Assembly: GCA_963822075.1 (NCBI GenBank)
Contig: CAWGGP010000009.1
Span: 72,507 to 136,506 of the forward strand
DNA: 64,000 nt
Reading direction: 5' to 3'
DNA from: Candidatus Aminicenantes bacterium
GTDB taxonomy: Bacteria; Acidobacteriota; Aminicenantia; UBA2199
Part shown: piece after piece, positions 62,172 to 64,000 of the stretch
Position numbering within the stretch: the stretch's first letter is position 1
Layout: every line of letters begins with the position of its first letter
Notes under the pieces: generated by a model
Database searches by the model: none
What the model was told of the DNA's origin: nothing
Seen by the model: only the letters and a program-made list of their open reading frames with translations
Translations under genes and position numbers: made by a program

Positions 62172-64000
62172 ATGGGTCGCGGCCGGCACATCTATCTCTC
62201 GCTCCTGCTGACGGGGACCGCCCTCCTGTCGCTCCCGGCCGGCGGCGAAGCCGCCGAGGAGCTCGGGACGCCCTATATCCGGAATTTCGCCCCGGAAGAG
62301 TACGGCGCCCCGGCCCAGAATACGGCCGTCGTACAGAGCCCGAGCGGGATCACCTATTTCGGCAATGAGAACGGCGTGTTGGAATTCGACGGCCGCAATT
62401 GGGCGCTGGTGCCGTTGCCCAACGGCTCATACGTGCGCTCCCTGGCCGTCGCCGCCGGCGGGACGGTCTACGTCGGCGGCGTCGGCGAATTCGGATTCCT
62501 CGCGGCGGATGCCTCCGGCAAGACCTGTTACGTCTCCCTGCTGCCCGGGTTGAAGAAAGAAGACCGGGCGTTCAACGACATCTGGAAGATCCACGCCACT
62601 TCGCGGGGGATCTATTTCCTGACCATAAAGAAGATCTTCCATGTGCGGGACGGCCGGATCGCCGTGATCCCCGTCGATCTCGCCAGCCGCTACGGCTTCG
62701 CCATCGGCGACGAATTGTTCATCGTCCAGAAAGGCAAGGGCATCTTCCACGTCGGTGACGGCCCCCCCGGCTGCTGCCGCAAACCGAAGCGCTCGCCGCT
62801 CCCGAAGCCGGCTTCGTCTACATGCTGCCGTATCGCGAGCAGCAGCCGCTCATCATCGACGGCCAGGGGCGCTTCCGCGTCTATGACCTGAGCGCCTTCC
62901 GCGTTCCCGGGGGCGAAGGATACGATTTCGCCCGCCGGGTGAAACCGGGTTCGCTCATGAAGCCTTTTCCGACAGAGGTTTCCGCCTTGATCAGCGAGAG
63001 CGGCAACATCCTGTACAACGGCATCCCGATTCCCGGCCACCGCTACGCCCTGGCCACGCTGAAAGGGGGCATCGTCATCATGGATGAGCGGGGGAGGCTG
63101 GAGAGGCGGATCACCCGCAAGCACGGCCTGGGCGACAACCTGGTCGGCGGTCTTTGCCTTGACCGCGAGCAGAACCTCTGGTTGGCCCTCAATACCGGCA
63201 TCGCCTACGTCGCCATCAGCTCGCCGATCTCCATTTTCGACGAAGCCAACGGCCTGGAGGGATACCTGATCGCCGTCCGCCATTTCCGGGACAGGCTGTT
63301 CGTGGGCTCATTCGACGGCGTATTCGTCCTGGATGAACGCCGCCAGGGTCCCAAGGGAGAGAGGCCGTTGTTTGCGAACATCTCCCCGCTGGTGCGCGAA
63401 GGTTGCGATTTCCTCCCCTTGGGAGACCACCTGCTGGTGGCCGCCGCTCCCAGTCTCCTGCTCGTTGACCCGGAGTTGCGCACGCGGACCTTCGGCGACG
63501 ACACCTTCCTGGCGCTCTGCCGCTCGCCGCGCTTCCCGGACACGATCTTCACCGGCCTGGCGGACGGGCTGGGCGCCTGCCGGGTACAGCGCGGCGGCGA
63601 CGGCAAGCCGACGCTGGCGTTTTACAAGGATCCCTTCCCCGCCATCAACGATTCCATCCGCCTCATCAACTGCGACGCCAACGGCAATCTCTGGCTCACC
63701 ACGGCTTTCAACGGGCTGATCCATATCCGTTTTCGCGGCCGCGACATCCGGGACTACGAGCTGACCCGCTACGGGCTCGGCGACGGCCTGCCGGGGTTGG
63801 ACTGGAACTACGTGGCGTTCATCGACGGCCGCCTGCTGGTCTGCACGCAAAAGGGGATCTACGAAGGCATTCCCGCCTCCCCGCTTCTCCCGGGCGCTCC
63901 CCGGACCCGCTTCCGGCCGGAGCGGACATTCGGAAAAACGTATCTCGACCCCCCCGCCCGCATGTCGGGGATCATCAAGGATGGACAGGGCCGCTGGTGG
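62172..64000 (+). CDS. periplasmic sensor protein with two-component-regulator beta-propeller (Reg_prop) repeats, N-terminal part; frameshifted as assembled; runs off the window end
   Basis: ORF 62172..62891 has a signal peptide, then ..GITYFGNENGVLEFDG..VYVGGVGEFGF... After a C7 run (62762-62768) the adjacent frame stays open to base 64000 (..NLWLALNTGIAYV..NGNLWLTTAFNGLIHI..). That frame is absent from the track because it has no stop in the window. Confidence 0.7.

Overview
GC-rich bacterial chromosomal segment, tightly packed with about 55 protein genes, two tRNAs (Ser-GGA, Asn-GUU) and the SRP RNA. I saw no rRNA, CRISPR array, cas genes, transposase, integrase or phage genes. Left to right: sppA (partial); an EamA transporter; a ~980-bp intergenic repeat array; a PLP aminotransferase; the minus-strand block ffs-dnaX-ybaB-recR-mglB-mglA-radical SAM/SPASM; a very large GH13 alpha-amylase-family gene; PH-domain and MFS membrane proteins; znuACB-like metal uptake; a minus-strand signalling supercluster (three histidine kinases, three receiver domains, one HD-GYP; one kinase carries four tandemly duplicated PAS modules); an rlmI-like methyltransferase; a radical SAM protein; a membrane sulfatase; an M1 peptidase; hslVU; an FN3 lipoprotein; a DUF362 Fe-S protein; a minus-strand operon of MttB-family methyltransferase / MetH-activation-like protein / corrinoid protein / homocysteine S-methyltransferase / ADP-forming acyl-CoA synthetase-GNAT; then a sigma54-type response regulator, a kinase, kdpFABC, a kinase-less kdpD, an EIIA(Ntr)-like gene and a 4HB/HAMP protein; a cysteine-desulfurase-like enzyme; lhgO; phosphomannomutase; uppP; an AMP-ligase; fis-type HTH/cvpA/purC; queA; and a beta-propeller sensor (partial). 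By my tracing, 26 genes are interrupted by one or more frameshifts, and every junction I resolved to the base, except one in the EamA gene, lies in a short mononucleotide run. I read this as uncorrected sequencing error, so spans are given for the reconstructed genes. Most noteworthy: (1) an unexplained array of G/C-tract hairpin repeats at 1904-2600; (2) a kdp locus wired to a sigma54 activator, with a good -24/-12 promoter, an extra 30-codon membrane peptide, an N-terminal-only KdpD and an EIIA(Ntr)-like gene; (3) a split MetH-like system in which an MttB-family methyltransferase takes the place of the methyl-THF module; (4) four near-identical ~428-bp PAS repeats inside one kinase gene; (5) a 37-bp-period REP-like hairpin family at two loci; (6) an AT-rich inverted-repeat island. 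All functional calls rest on my reading of the translated ORFs and motifs. No database search was run.
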